From Octopus sinensis (lineage: Eukaryota): a DNA stretch of 64,000 nucleotides. Shown here piece by piece: positions 52,213-63,620 of this stretch; within the stretch, counting starts at the first letter, position 1; the number at the start of each line of letters is the position of its first letter. The notes below the pieces were generated by a model that saw only the letters and a program-made list of their open reading frames with translations, was not told the DNA's origin and searched no databases. The DNA is taken from the NCBI RefSeq assembly GCF_006345805.1, contig NC_043008.1, positions 55,924,001 to 55,988,000 of the forward strand, given 5' to 3'. The translations under genes and the position numbers were made by a program.

Positions 52213-52405
52213 TTGTTTCAGTCATTTGACTGCAGCCATGCTGGAGCACTACCTCAACGGGTTTTAGTCAAACAAACCGACCCCCAAGACTTATTTTTCA
52301 AAATCTAGTACTTATTCTATTGGTCTCCTTTACTGAACTGCTAAATTATGGGGATGTAAACACACCAACATCGGTTGTCAAGCAGTGATGTGGGGGGGGG
52401 GGAAG

Positions 52406-52449
<44 letters not shown>

Positions 52450-52730
52450 TGATGAGATTCTTTCAGTTTCTGTCTACCAAATCCACTCGAGGCTTTGGTC
52501 AGCCTGGTGTTACAGTAGAAGATACTTGCCCAAGGTGCCACACGGTGGGACTGAGCCTGAAACCATGTGCTTGGTAAGCAAGCTTCTTACCACACAGCCA
52601 TGCAAGGCATTGGTTAACTCAGAGTTATAGCAGGAGATACTTCCCTGAGGTACCACACCATAAGATTGAACCCAAAACCATGTGATTACAAAGTGAGCTC
52701 CTTAGACCACCCAGCCCTGCCAGTGCCTAT
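52213..52730 (-). mobile_element. SINE family A with a second tandem head segment
   Basis: Full copy to about 52600, then aaggcattggtt..gaacccaaaaccatgtg..cagccc repeats the head. Confidence 0.75.
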
Positions 52731-53237
52731 ATATAAAAAATTCATGTAGGAACAGTCTATGTTCTAAACCCCAGAGTAATAAACGAAAGGTTTGTTAAAT
52801 TACTAAGTATTCCCAAATTGTCGATTATTTTCAAAAATTAATCAAAACACATAGGACACACAAAAGTAAGGTTTCAAAGAGATTCAGGTGCTTAGCTGTT
52901 ATTTTTAGCAGGTGGAGCGACTGTGTATCCGCCAGGTTTTGTGGGTTCACAAACTGTCATCACTTGTGAATATTGGTTTGTTTGTTTGTTTTTTTCGTTA
53001 TGAGACTTGAAAGATATTAAACTGTATGATTAATGTATAAGTGGAGGCTGGTTCTTTGTTGTAGCGTATTGGCGGTGACTAAGCAATTAAGAACTATATA
53101 CACTCATGTTATGTTGTCATGCCGACTGGCGTGCTGTACTGCACATATTTAAATATAGTCAAGTCCTGTATTATGGATCCGACAGACACAGCACATTACA
53201 CTGTCTATCTGTGTATGTGTGTATATACATACTTACA

Positions 53238-53525
53238 CAGATGTGAAGGTGTGTGGCTTAGTGGGTAGGGTTTTCGGTTCGGCAATCCTAAGGTCTTGGG
53301 TTCGATCCCCAGTGGCGTGTTGTGTCCATGAGCAAGACACTATATTTCACATTGCTCCAGTGTCTGTATTTCAAAGGTCCAGCTTTGGTACATTCTGTGT
53401 CACGCTGAATTGCCCCGAGGGCTACAGTAAGGGTACGCGTGTCTGTGGAGCGTTCAATCACTGGCATTTTAATTTCACAAGTTGGCTGTCCTGTTGATTG
53501 GATCAACTAGAACCCTCGTCATCAT
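53238..53525 (+). mobile_element. SINE family G
   Basis: gtgtggcttagtgg head, gtgtccatgagcaagacac core, gtatttcaaagg body. Confidence 0.75.
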
Positions 53526-54046
53526 ATGGTTCCATCACCAATGGAGTGCCAGTTCAGTTACCTACACACATGCATGCACACACACACATATGCTTCTTTC
53601 AGTTTTTGGCTTCTAAATCCATTCACAAGTCTCTGGTTGCCTTGAGGCTATAATAGAATACACTTGCCCAAAATTCCGTTCGGTGGAACTGAACCTGAGA
53701 CTGTGTGGTTGGAGAGCAAACTTCTTAACCACACAGCCATGCCTGCATGTGAATGAAAAATATTTGTTAAACTCTGATGGCTACCTGGGATCAAGAACTT
53801 AGCTTCATCATCATCATTTAAGGTGCTATGCTGTGGGACTGAACCCAGAACCGTGTGGTTGGGAAGCAGTCTTCTTACCACACTGCCATGCCTAACCATA
53901 TACATCATTGCACAACTTTGAGATTTCAATGATGTGATTGTTATTTTTCACAATGATGTTGTAGGGTAGGTGTGAGAGGCCAGATGTAGCCATAAAACAG
54001 GTAGAACAATTTTGGCTAGATTATGGCCGGTTTAAATGCTAAATGG

Positions 54047-54278
54047 TTAACCCTTTCATTACCAACCCGGCTGAAACCGATTCTGGCTCTGTAATACAAA
54101 TGTCGTGTTTTCATCAGTTTTGAATTAAAATCTTCCACCAAACCTTAGTCACAATTTATGTTCCTAACACTAGCTGAATGATAACTAAGTTACTTTACTA
54201 AATTCTTTGTTATATATATAAAATTAATTGAAAGAAACAAAGAGCATCTCAAAATATATGCAGTAATGAAAGGGTTAA
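54047..54278. mobile_element. piggyBac-type MITE with TTAA target duplication
   Basis: TTAA-CCCTTTCATTAC ... GTAATGAAAGGG-TTAA. It is inserted at the TTAA end of another piggyBac-like fragment (about 53905-54050). Confidence 0.85.
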
Positions 54279-54549
54279 TGTTGACATGGATGAGACAGAA
54301 TTTTTCAAGGCAGATTTTCCATGGACAGATACTCTTCTTGTTGCCGACCTTCACCTCTTTCCAAACCAGCTGATATTTCCTAGACATGTTTTTCATTGAG
54401 GATTGGAAATGATATTGTTTGTATGAATGACAGCGGTGTTCATTTACAACTGTCATGTGATGTCAAATTAAGAATGTACACACAAACGCCCCCACCCACA
54501 CACATGTACACACTCATACACATACCATCATGTGATGTAAAAACTAGAG

Positions 54550-54790
54550 TGCACACACACACACACACGCACACACATGCTCATTCACATACACACACAT
54601 GCTCAGCCACACGCACACACACATGCTCATTCACATACACACACATGCTCATACACACACATGCTCATACACACACATGCTCAGTCACACACACACACAC
54701 ACACACATGCTCATTCACATACACACACACACATGCTCATTCACACACACACACACACACACACATATGCTCAGTCATACACACACATGA
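54550..54790. repeat. CA microsatellite punctuated by about 9 ATGCTCA units (higher-order repeat in a SINE A linker)
   Basis: Seen directly; followed by the SINE A head half to about 54950. Confidence 0.85.
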
Positions 54791-55261
54791 CAGGCTTCTT
54801 TCTTTTTTCCATCTACCAAATCTACTCACAATGCTTTGGTTGACCCGGGGCTATATTAAAAGACACCTGTCCAAGCTCTCATACAGTGGGACTGAACTTG
54901 AGACGCAAGGTTGAGAAGCAAGTTTCTTAACCATTCAGCTACACCTGCATGTCGTGGGGACATGAAAAAGGGCGAGGCATTTATCAGTCCATGATAGGAC
55001 ACACATCTACCGCACATATACATCTCAGTCTCTCTGATCCTCTTCTGCAAGGTCTGGCTGCTGGGTGAAGTGAAGCATGTAAAATAAACATGCTTTGCTT
55101 GGAGGAGGCGTAACCAGACAGCATCTGCTAGAATCGTCAGCTGCTAAGTCCAATCATTTAGGTCTGTGTTTTTCACCCATTTTGTGCCTATGGAACCCCA
55201 CCCTATTCCACTCTTTTTGATTTCTGTTTAACTCTACTGGACTGTCATAGCCATTCACTAT

Positions 55262-55628
55262 TCTTTTATTCTTTTCAGTCATTTGACTGTGGCCATGCTG
55301 GAGCACTGCCTTTAGTCGAACAAATTGACCCCGGGACTTATTTCCTTGTAAGCCTTGTGCTTATTCTATCGGTGACTTTTGCTGAACCGCTAACCTACGG
55401 GGAAGTAAAAACACACCAACATCAGTTGTCAAGTGATGATGGTAGGGACAAACACACACACACACACACACACATATGATGGGCTTCTTTCAGTTTCCAT
55501 CTACCAAATCCATTCACAAGGCTTTGGTCAGCCCGAGATTATAGTAGAAGACACTTGCCCAAGGTGTCACACTGTGGGACTGAACCTGGAACCATGTAGT
55601 TAGGAAGCAAGCTTCTTACCACACAGAC
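55262..55628 (-). mobile_element. SINE family A
   Basis: Same modules. Confidence 0.85.
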
Positions 55629-56069
55629 AGTTGCTTCGTACAAGAATTCTTCTGGTTGACGATGGAGGGCATGACCCAGCCAACACAGACGTCTATTTAA
55701 TCTATGTCCCAAACACCAGCTTAATAACAACAAAGTTATTTTCCTAAATTCTTTGCTATTTTCAAAATTAGTCAAAACAAAGGTGGGGTCAACTTGCCTG
55801 AGACCGACCACATTTCAGCGATACAAACTTCCTGGTTTTTTAAGTGATCTAAATTAGGAACTCCCATCAAAATTTCGTATTAATTTCTGTTCTGAACACC
55901 AGCTCAATAACAACAAAGTTATTTTACTGAATTCTTCCTTAGCTTTCAAATTAATTGAAATGAAGGCAGTGTACTTCAAACGATATATTGTAACAAAAGT
56001 CAACCCAGCTTGGATTAAGCATATCTAACAGGTTTCACTCGTGTTCATCTTGTTGTTTGTCATACATAA

Positions 56070-56427
56070 TCTCTATATATAAACGGCAAAATGTCTGTGT
56101 GTGTGTGTGTGTGTGTGCATGTCCTTTATACAAATCCACAATTTTTCAGTTAGAGGGCTGGCACTTTCTATGGTCATTCAAAACTGCCCAAGGGTGGTCG
56201 TGCACATCTTTATATTTCCCCAGTCACCCTGCAAAGCCATTAAAAAAATCAATAGAAGTGACAAAACCCAATCAAAATGCCCGAAACTTGATACGCCAAT
56301 TGAATGCCAGCTAGCTGCATGTGATTGGTCGGAGATTTGGACAGTACTCGCGTGTATGTGCGCATGCACGTAGCTGTATATGCATGCACTATCACTATGA
56401 CCTGGCGTTGCCGGGTAATAGTGCTAG
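56070..56427 (+). mobile_element. Non-autonomous Helitron
   Basis: A|TC 5' end (tctctatatataaa), subterminal hairpin cctggc-gtt-gccggg (56401-56415), CTAG|T 3' end, no TSD. Confidence 0.85.
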
Positions 56428-56624
56428 TGTCTCTATATTTATGCAATGCATTTTATTCTTTTCAACATTAGGGTGTATGTAGTTTCAGGAAAATTTGGCT
56501 TTTATTTCTAGAAGGTCAAGTAGCTATGTAGAGGCTACTATGCTATATGTTATACAATGACATGAGTATGGCAGCTTTGAATAATGTTGTGGATCAGTTT
56601 GGAGGATTAAGGGGGACTAACGAT

Positions 56625-57119
56625 TTAATGTTCAGATTAATCTTTCAAATGTAATACTTTTTTTTATTCAAATTGTTTTGAATTAATCATGATATTTCTG
56701 TATAGCATGGAGGCCCGTGGCTTAGTGGTTAGGGTGTCAGCACCATGATCATAAGATTGTGGTTTCGATTCCTGGACAGGGCGATGCGTTGTGTTCTTGA
56801 GCAAAACACTTCATTTCACGTTGCTCCAGTTCACTCAGCTGGCAAAAATGAGTAACGCTGTGATGGACTGGCGTCCCGTCCAGCTGGGGAACACATACAC
56901 CATAGAAACCAGGAAACCGGGCCCATGAGCCTGGCTAGGCTTTAAAAGAGCGCATTTATTTATTATTATTACTGTATAGCTGTGAGGTTTTGATAATTTG
57001 ATCGTTTATTTCTAAAGTGTTAGTGTAGGTTAGGTATGAGAGATTAGATAGGGCCAATTTGAATGTGAAATGTAGAATATTTGAGCTGGATTTGGTGGGT
57101 TTAAATGCTAAAGGGTTAA
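56625..57119. mobile_element. piggyBac-type MITE (second family), interrupted by SINE E
   Basis: Right end tttaaatgctaAAGGG-TTAA, shared with the 53905-54050 fragment; left end decayed. Confidence 0.5.
56707..56971 (+). mobile_element. SINE family E
   Basis: gtggcttagtggttag A box, gtttcgattcc B box; TSD ctgtatagc (56698-56706, 56972-56980). Confidence 0.9.
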
Positions 57120-57748
57120 CTAAAGAAAACTTGGTTTAGGATTTGATCATCTGTTGACTGAGGGGATATTAGTAGAAGGTGTTGCTAGCTTCAAGATTTA
57201 CCCTCACCTTCAACTTCCCCAAAGAAAGAAAATAAATAACAAATGTTGAAATGACGATGACGATGACAACGACGACGACGATGATGATGATTACGTTTGT
57301 CTTTACAATTGCTTCTGGTGACCCTTAGTGACTGAAGTATATAGAATTTAAGATATTACACTGCTGCACAGTTAATCTGCCATCTCATTAGCAGTACTCT
57401 CTTTCGTAATTGGCTTCTTATATTGTTATCTTTTGTGTGCATACACACGTGCGCTCCCCCCACCTCTCTCTCTCTCTCTCTCTTTCCTATGCACCCCTCC
57501 ACACATTCTGTGTCTCACTCCTCCCCCACCCCCCACTCTGTGTTTCCTTCTTTCTCAGTCTGTTCTCTTATTTTCTAATTAAGTTTACAATCTCTCCTCA
57601 AGAGCTGGCAACTACAGAGTTCATGTTTATTCATTGTCTATTATTGTTTGGGATGTATGGTGACAGATAAAACAAATAGAAAAAAAAACAATAACAACTT
57701 TACTCTCTCTTTCTCTGTCTGTCTGTCTGTCTTCTCTTTCTGTCTCTC

Positions 57749-57816
<68 letters not shown>

Positions 57817-58217
57817 ACACGCACACACACACACACACACACACATTGACTATATGTGTATGTTGTGCTTCTATATACCTGTATCTATACCTGGCATTGT
57901 TATGTCCTTAGCTGAGGTTAACATAGCCATTTGTTAAATAGAGATTAATAAAACGAGTATGAGAGAATACTGGTGGAGGTGGGGGTCGGAATGATATAAT
58001 TGATTAAAACCCTTGAAAGCAAGTGCTCCAGCATGGAACCTGTAAAACAATTGAAGAAAATATCTCTGGGTGTGTGGTAAGAAATCTGCTTCCCAACCAC
58101 AAGGTTCTGGATTCAGTCCCACTATGTGACACTTTGGGTAAGTGTCTTCTACTATAACCATAGGCCAACCAAAGCCTTGTGAGTGGAATTGGTAAATGGA
58201 AACTGATGAGAAGTCCA

Positions 58218-58590
58218 TTCATCATCATCATCATCATTTAACGTCCGCTTTCCATGCTAGCATGAGTTGGACGATTTGACTGAGATGTGGCGAACCAGAT
58301 GGCTGCACCAGAGACTCCAGTCTGATCTGGCAGAGTTTCTACAGCTGGATGCCCTTTCTAATGCCAACCACTCTGAGAGTGCAGTGGGTGCTTTTATGTG
58401 CCACCGGCACGAGGGCCAGTCAGGCGGTACTGGCAACAGCCCCTCTCAAATGGTGCTTTTTATGTGCCACCTGCACAGGAGCCAGTCCAGTGGCACTGGC
58501 AACGACCTCGCTCAAATGTTTATTCATGTGCCACAAGCACAAGTGCTAGTAAGGCGACGCAGGTAACGATCACTGCTAGTAAGGCGTCGC
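58218..58590 (-). mobile_element. Family B retroposon with multiple internal units
   Basis: Same core. Confidence 0.85.
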
Positions 58591-58631
58591 AGGTAATGAT
58601 TACTGTGTGTATACATATGTATATATATTCT

Positions 58632-59012
58632 GGGAGGCGCAATGGCCCAGTGGTTAGGGCAGCGGACTCGCGGTCGTAGGATCGCGGTTTCGATTCCCAG
58701 ACCGGGCGTTGTGAGTGTTTATTGAGCAAAAACACTTAAAGCTCCACGAGGCTCCGGCAGGGATGGTGGTGATCCCTGCTGTACTCTTTCACCACAACTT
58801 TCTCTCACTCTTACTTCCTGTTTCTGTTGTACCTGTATTTCAAAGGGCTGGCCATGTCACTCTCTGTGTCACGCTGAATATCCCCGAGAACTGCGTGAAG
58901 GGTACACGTGTCTGTGGAGTGCTCAACCACTTACACGTTAATTTCACGAGCAGGCTGTTCCATTGATCGGATCAACCGGAACCCTCGTCGTCGTAACCGA
59001 CGGAGTGCTTCC
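58632..59012 (+). mobile_element. SINE with D-type head and G-type body
   Basis: ggaggcgcaatggcccagtggttagggc head; gtgtcacgctgaat..gtgtctgtggag body. Confidence 0.85.
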
Positions 59013-59039
59013 ATCCATTAGTATATATATTCTGCCTGT

Positions 59040-59300
59040 ATGTCTGTGCACACCTTTCAGTGCAATGTATGCCAGAAGGTTTGCAAATCTAACGGTAGCC
59101 TCAAAAGACATTTTAAGATCCCCAAAGATCAGAACTTATCTGCAGCTCTTGGTGGTCCAAATCGAATATGCAATCTGTGTGGGTGTCTTTTCGAAACATT
59201 GTCTAGTTTAAAAAACCACATCAGGTGCCATAATGGTTCTAAGGTGTAGGTACAGGAGGTGGTCAAACTCTGCTTAAGGAGTAGACAACCACCATGTATG
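59040..59300 (+). mobile_element. 5'-truncated LINE 3' end (RTE-like) encoding two C2H2 fingers
   Basis: CNVC-x12-H-FKI-(P) and CNLC-x12-H-IRC-H, stop at 59249, 3' hairpin ggtggt(59258)..accacc(59293), then an (ATGT)n tail. Confidence 0.72.
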
Positions 59301-60044
59301 TATATGTGTGTGTGTGTGTATGTGTGTGTGTGTGTGTGTTTGTTTGTATGTATGCATGCATACATGTCTTTCTTTGTGTCTGGGTTTGTCCACTACTGCT
59401 GCTTGACAACTGGTGTTGGTATGTTTACACCCTTGTAACTTAGCAGCTCAACAAAAGAGAACTGATAGAATAAATTACCAGGCTTAAAAAAGAACTACTG
59501 GGGTTGATTCATTCAACAAAATTTTTGAAGGTGGTGCCCTAGCATGGCCACAGTTTAACGACCGAAACAAATAAACAATAAAACATCTACTTGTGTGCAT
59601 GTATGTGCGTGTGTACATGTGCATGCATGCGTGAAGGTACCTGGGTAGTGGTTAGTGTGTTGCATTCATGAGCATATGACTGTGGTTTCAATTCCGATAT
59701 CAGGTAACACTTTGTGTTCGTTTCACATTTCTCCAGTCTACTTGGCAGTGAATGAATTCCAGCCATAGCTTAGAGTACAACTGTTCAGTGCACTGGTGTC
59801 CTTTTCAGATTTAGGGGAGTGTCGTGATCTCAGTTGCCTACCTGGTCGTTAACCTGTACATGTTGCTCATGTAAATGATTTTTCATTTGAAAATGCTGAG
59901 CTTGTGGTTGATTTGCTTGCGGAATATTGACAAGCCTCGCTGCTTTTAGTTCAGTGATTTTTCATGTGACGCACAGATTGTAAACAATCTCTCTTTCTGT
60001 CTGTCTATCTCTGTCTCACAGAGAGAGGGTCTTCAATATCATTT

Positions 60045-60278
60045 CTTATTTCTTTACTGCCCACAAGGGGCTACACAGAGGGGACAAACAAGGACAGACA
60101 AACGGATTAAGTTGATTATATCGACCCCAGGGCGTAACTGGTGCTTATTTAATCGACCCCGAAAGGATGATAGGCAAAGTCAACCTTGGCGGAATTTGAA
60201 CTCAGAACGTAGCGGCAGATGAAATACTGCTAACCATTTCACCCAGCGTGCTAACGTTTCTGCCAGCTCACTGCCTTC
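60045..60278 (-). mobile_element. SINE family C
   Basis: Same modules; TSD-like cttca(a)tatcatttct on both sides. Confidence 0.85.
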
Positions 60279-60767
60279 ATATCATTTCTGTCAGCCAAAT
60301 TCTCTCAGCAAGGCACTGATTAGCCGAGGGCTATAGGAAAAGACACTTGCCCAAGGTGCCATACAGTGGAACTGAACCTGAAACCATGTGGTCGCAAAAT
60401 GAGCTTCTCAACAGCATGGCCAGTCTTGTTAACTTACAATCTGAAAGAGAATCCAACAGCTCAATCACCGGTTGAGTGATTGTGGAATGAAGCGACAGGA
60501 GGTCCATGTGTGTACACTGTGCTGTTTTGGTGTAAGTTTGTACTCTATCTGCTGGGATGGTTCCAATTGTAGCTTTTGGAACTTTATTCCATTTGTTGAT
60601 AGACAAGTGCAGAGAGCTCTTGTGGATTTTGGCATCAGACCATTGCGCCAATCTGTGCAGGTGTGAATATACTAATTCTTGTACACCAACATATTTTATA
60701 CTGTAGTAGCAGTCATAGACATGGGTTCTGATTTGCTGTAGTAGCCTTTGTGCCTTTTATAGAGTAC

Positions 60768-61043
60768 TGTTGTTGTTGGTCACCTCAAGCGCCTGAGGAT
60801 AACTCTCAGAAGTGCTAGAGTCGTGGAAGGGAGATGAATCATCTCATCCATTGTAGCCCCTTGTTGGTGGATATAGCGTTCCACCATCAGGGCCGGACAT
60901 CTCAGCCAGAGATGTTCTGCAGATTCCACCTCCTCGTTACAGATTCTGCATTGATCTGTGTTGCTGCATCCTGCCATCTTTTGCCATTGCCTGAGTGTCG
61001 GATAATGACCACTACCGAAGCATATCATGCTTTTTAACACCAC
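60768..61043 (-). mobile_element. Non-LTR retrotransposon 3' end (I-group-like ORF2 C-terminus)
   Basis: SGHYPTLRQW...CRICNEEVESAEHLWLRC (CCHC knuckle)...LALLRVILRRLR*, immediately followed by a (CAA)n tail. Confidence 0.8.
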
Positions 61044-61605
61044 GCCAGGCCTGGTTGTGCATACCTATGATCAGTGACATTCTAGTTGGTTTCATCTATG
61101 TCCAGTGTTTAACAATTTCAAATGTAGACTACTTAATCAAATAAATCCTTGAATATTTTAATTTTCATTTTCAAGATGGTTTTGTAATTTCTCTGAGAGA
61201 TTTGAGTGTTATTTCTAGCAGTTTGAACAACCTTGTAATGGCTCGATCAAATAGTGTAGTTTTTTTTTTATTGCAAGTTTAGGTTGAGCTGTACTATAGA
61301 TGAAGCAAGTATAGTCTGTCCTCACTCAGGATTTTCATGGACAGTTTGTATTACAGACCTTAACTATGTTACATCTATGTATATATTACTGAATTCCACA
61401 TTTCTGTTATAAATATGTGTAGCTTAATGACTTAATATCAAAGTGAATGTAGATATCAAAGTGAATCAGAAGTAGGTTAATTGCAATCTGTTATGAGACA
61501 GGTGGAGATTATTAAATTATAACTAAATTATATTGCATGAGTTTTGGAAAAATTAAGTGTGTGCATGCTTGTGTGTGTAAATATTATCAGTGATGATATA
61601 TGTAT

Positions 61606-61653
<48 letters not shown>

Positions 61654-61690
61654 GTCATCATCGTCATCATCATCATCGTCATCATCATTT
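61606..61690. repeat. (CAT)n microsatellite
   Basis: Seen directly. Confidence 0.95.
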
Positions 61691-61734
61691 AACATCGATG
61701 TTCCATTCCAGCGAGGGTTGATTGTAACCACATG

Positions 61735-61916
61735 TGAATCGTTGGCGATTTTCTTCCTCCGTCTTCCTTTCTATTGGACTTTGCTCTGTTTGTGAAGAAG
61801 AGCGTTGCTCGAAACGTAAAACCACCTTTCTTTCCTTCCCTGAGTGTCTGCTAATACTTTGCATGTTCCACGTCCTCATGTTGTTTTTTTTGTGTTTGTT
61901 GTTCTTTTTTTTGATT

Positions 61917-61920
<4 letters not shown>
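61735..61920 (+). mobile_element. Penelope-like terminal-repeat-derived element (e), ends on (TA)n
   Basis: cgttggcgattttcttcctccgtcttcc...gttccacgtcctc; reverse complement of copies b and c. Confidence 0.7.
61788..61822 (+). ncRNA. Hammerhead motif, C3>G lesion
   Basis: gttt-GTGAAGA-A-GAGC/gtt/GCTC-GAAA-C-GTA-aaac. Confidence 0.6.
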
Positions 61921-61947
<27 letters not shown>

Positions 61948-61956
<9 letters not shown>

Positions 61957-62192
61957 ATCACGTGACCGACCAGACCATCAGATGTTGCTACACATCGCTG
62001 GTCACAATGCGTTTGCATTGTTTTAGCCTTCGAATGACGCCACCCAGCTGGCTAAGCGAGCAGGCCTACAGAAGAAAGAGTGAGAGAAAGAGTGGTGAAA
62101 GAGTACAGCAGGGATCACCACCCCCTGCCGGAGCCTCGTGGAACATTTAGGTATTTTCGCTCAATAAACACTCACAACGCCCGGTCTGGGAA
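61948..62192 (-). mobile_element. SINE family D, head lost, between (TA)n tracts
   Basis: Homologous to 45640-45885. Confidence 0.85.
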
Positions 62193-62232
62193 TATATATA
62201 TATATATATATATATAAAGAGGAGAGAGAGAT

Positions 62233-62303
<71 letters not shown>

Positions 62304-62313
62304 CACATACATA

Positions 62314-63190
62314 TACAGGATGCAATGGGTAAATTGTTGCTGTTTTATATTTCTGATTTTGCACATTGTTTGTTTTTGATTTTGTCCACTATATAGTATA
62401 GTAGGGTCAGTTGGGCACCGTCTGTGAGAAAAACAGCACCACGATGCAATTCACTCAGCTAGACATTTGGAAATGACATACCGTACTGTTTGGCATTCAT
62501 GCTGGAAGCTCCAATACGAAAAGATGGTGAACACACAGAACGACCATTGGCTCAGCTGTGTCCCCAAAACATGTACCGAGAGTGATAAAAATGAAACATC
62601 CAGCCAACATAAGGGTGTTTGGAGTGATCACTAGTGATGGCAATGTTATGCTTCCATTCATCTTCCCACATGGCCTCAGACTCAACATGGAGGCCTACAT
62701 CAAATGCCTGCTGTCCTGGATCAAGAGGGTGGCTGCTGGAAGACCCTAAGTCTGGCAACAGGACTCTGCACCATGCCACACTGGCAGGAGAACCCAGTCA
62801 TAGCCATCAGACAATTCCTGCGACCACATCACCCCTAACGTCTGTCCACCTAACTCCCCACACTGCAACCCCCCTTGATTATTATGTGTGGGGTGCAGTT
62901 GAGTGAGAGAGCAACAAAACTCCTTATAACACCAAAGATGATCTAAATGCAAGGATTATGGTAGCATTAACCAACTTAAACGAGGAGACCACCGAGAAGA
63001 GCTGCAAGAGATTCTGAAGTTGCCTGGAGACTGTGGTTGAAGCCACTGGTGATTTTATTGAATAAATTAAATCTTTAGTATTTCATGATATTTTTATGTA
63101 ATTTTGGTAAATATATCTATTAAAATGGGATGTCAATGTTATTTTCATTTTTGTGTAACTTAGACAACAAGATATTCACCACACCCTCTG
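62314..63190 (+). mobile_element. Tc1/mariner (maT/DD37D-like) internally deleted transposon, same family
   Basis: Reverse complement of 42122-43004; WQQDSAPCHT and NPLDYYVWGAVE motifs; same TIRs. Confidence 0.85.
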
Positions 63191-63224
63191 TGTGTGTGTA
63201 TGTAAGTACACACACACACATACA

Positions 63225-63620
63225 TCCTTTTACTTGTTTCTGTCATTAGTTTTTGGCCATGCTGGGGCATCACCTTGAAAGGCTTAGTTGAATAAATTGA
63301 TCCCTAGTACTATTTTCTAAAGCTGATATTTATTCTGTTGGTCCCTTTTGCGAAACTGCTCGGTCATGGGGATGTAAACAAACCCAACACTGATTGTCAA
63401 GCTGTGGATAGAGGGGACGTGCATGTGCGCGCACACACACACACACGCACATGCACAGTGGACTTCCACATAGTTTCCATCTACCAAATTTATTCACAAG
63501 TCATTGGGCAGCCCAGGGCTATATAGTTAAAGACACTTGCCCAAGGTACCGTGCAGTAGGACTGAACCCAAGACCACATGGTTGCAAAGTGAGCTTCTTA
63601 ACCACATATCCATGCCTGTA
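63225..63620 (-). mobile_element. SINE family A, diverged
   Basis: Same modules. Confidence 0.75.

Larger units (their letters stand above)
58068..59585 (+). mobile_element. SINE family A split by three nested insertions
   Basis: Head 58068-58215, tail 59345-59585, with family B, a D/G-type SINE and an RTE 3' end in between. Confidence 0.6.

Noticed and set aside
58632-58710. tRNA genes at tRNA-like segments (also 56707, 45950, 7040 and others)
   Set aside because: A and B boxes are present, but each continues into a SINE body and I could not fold a complete acceptor stem; these are SINE heads.
59040-59249. Host C2H2 zinc-finger gene
   Set aside because: Only two fingers, 5' truncation, a retroposon-type hairpin and tail, and a second decayed copy; treated as a LINE end.
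60545-60670. Exon-like AG...GTGTGA segment with an open frame (FWNFIPFVDRQVQRALVDFG)
   Set aside because: No similarity to the myosin motor or to any family I recognise; weak polypyrimidine tract.
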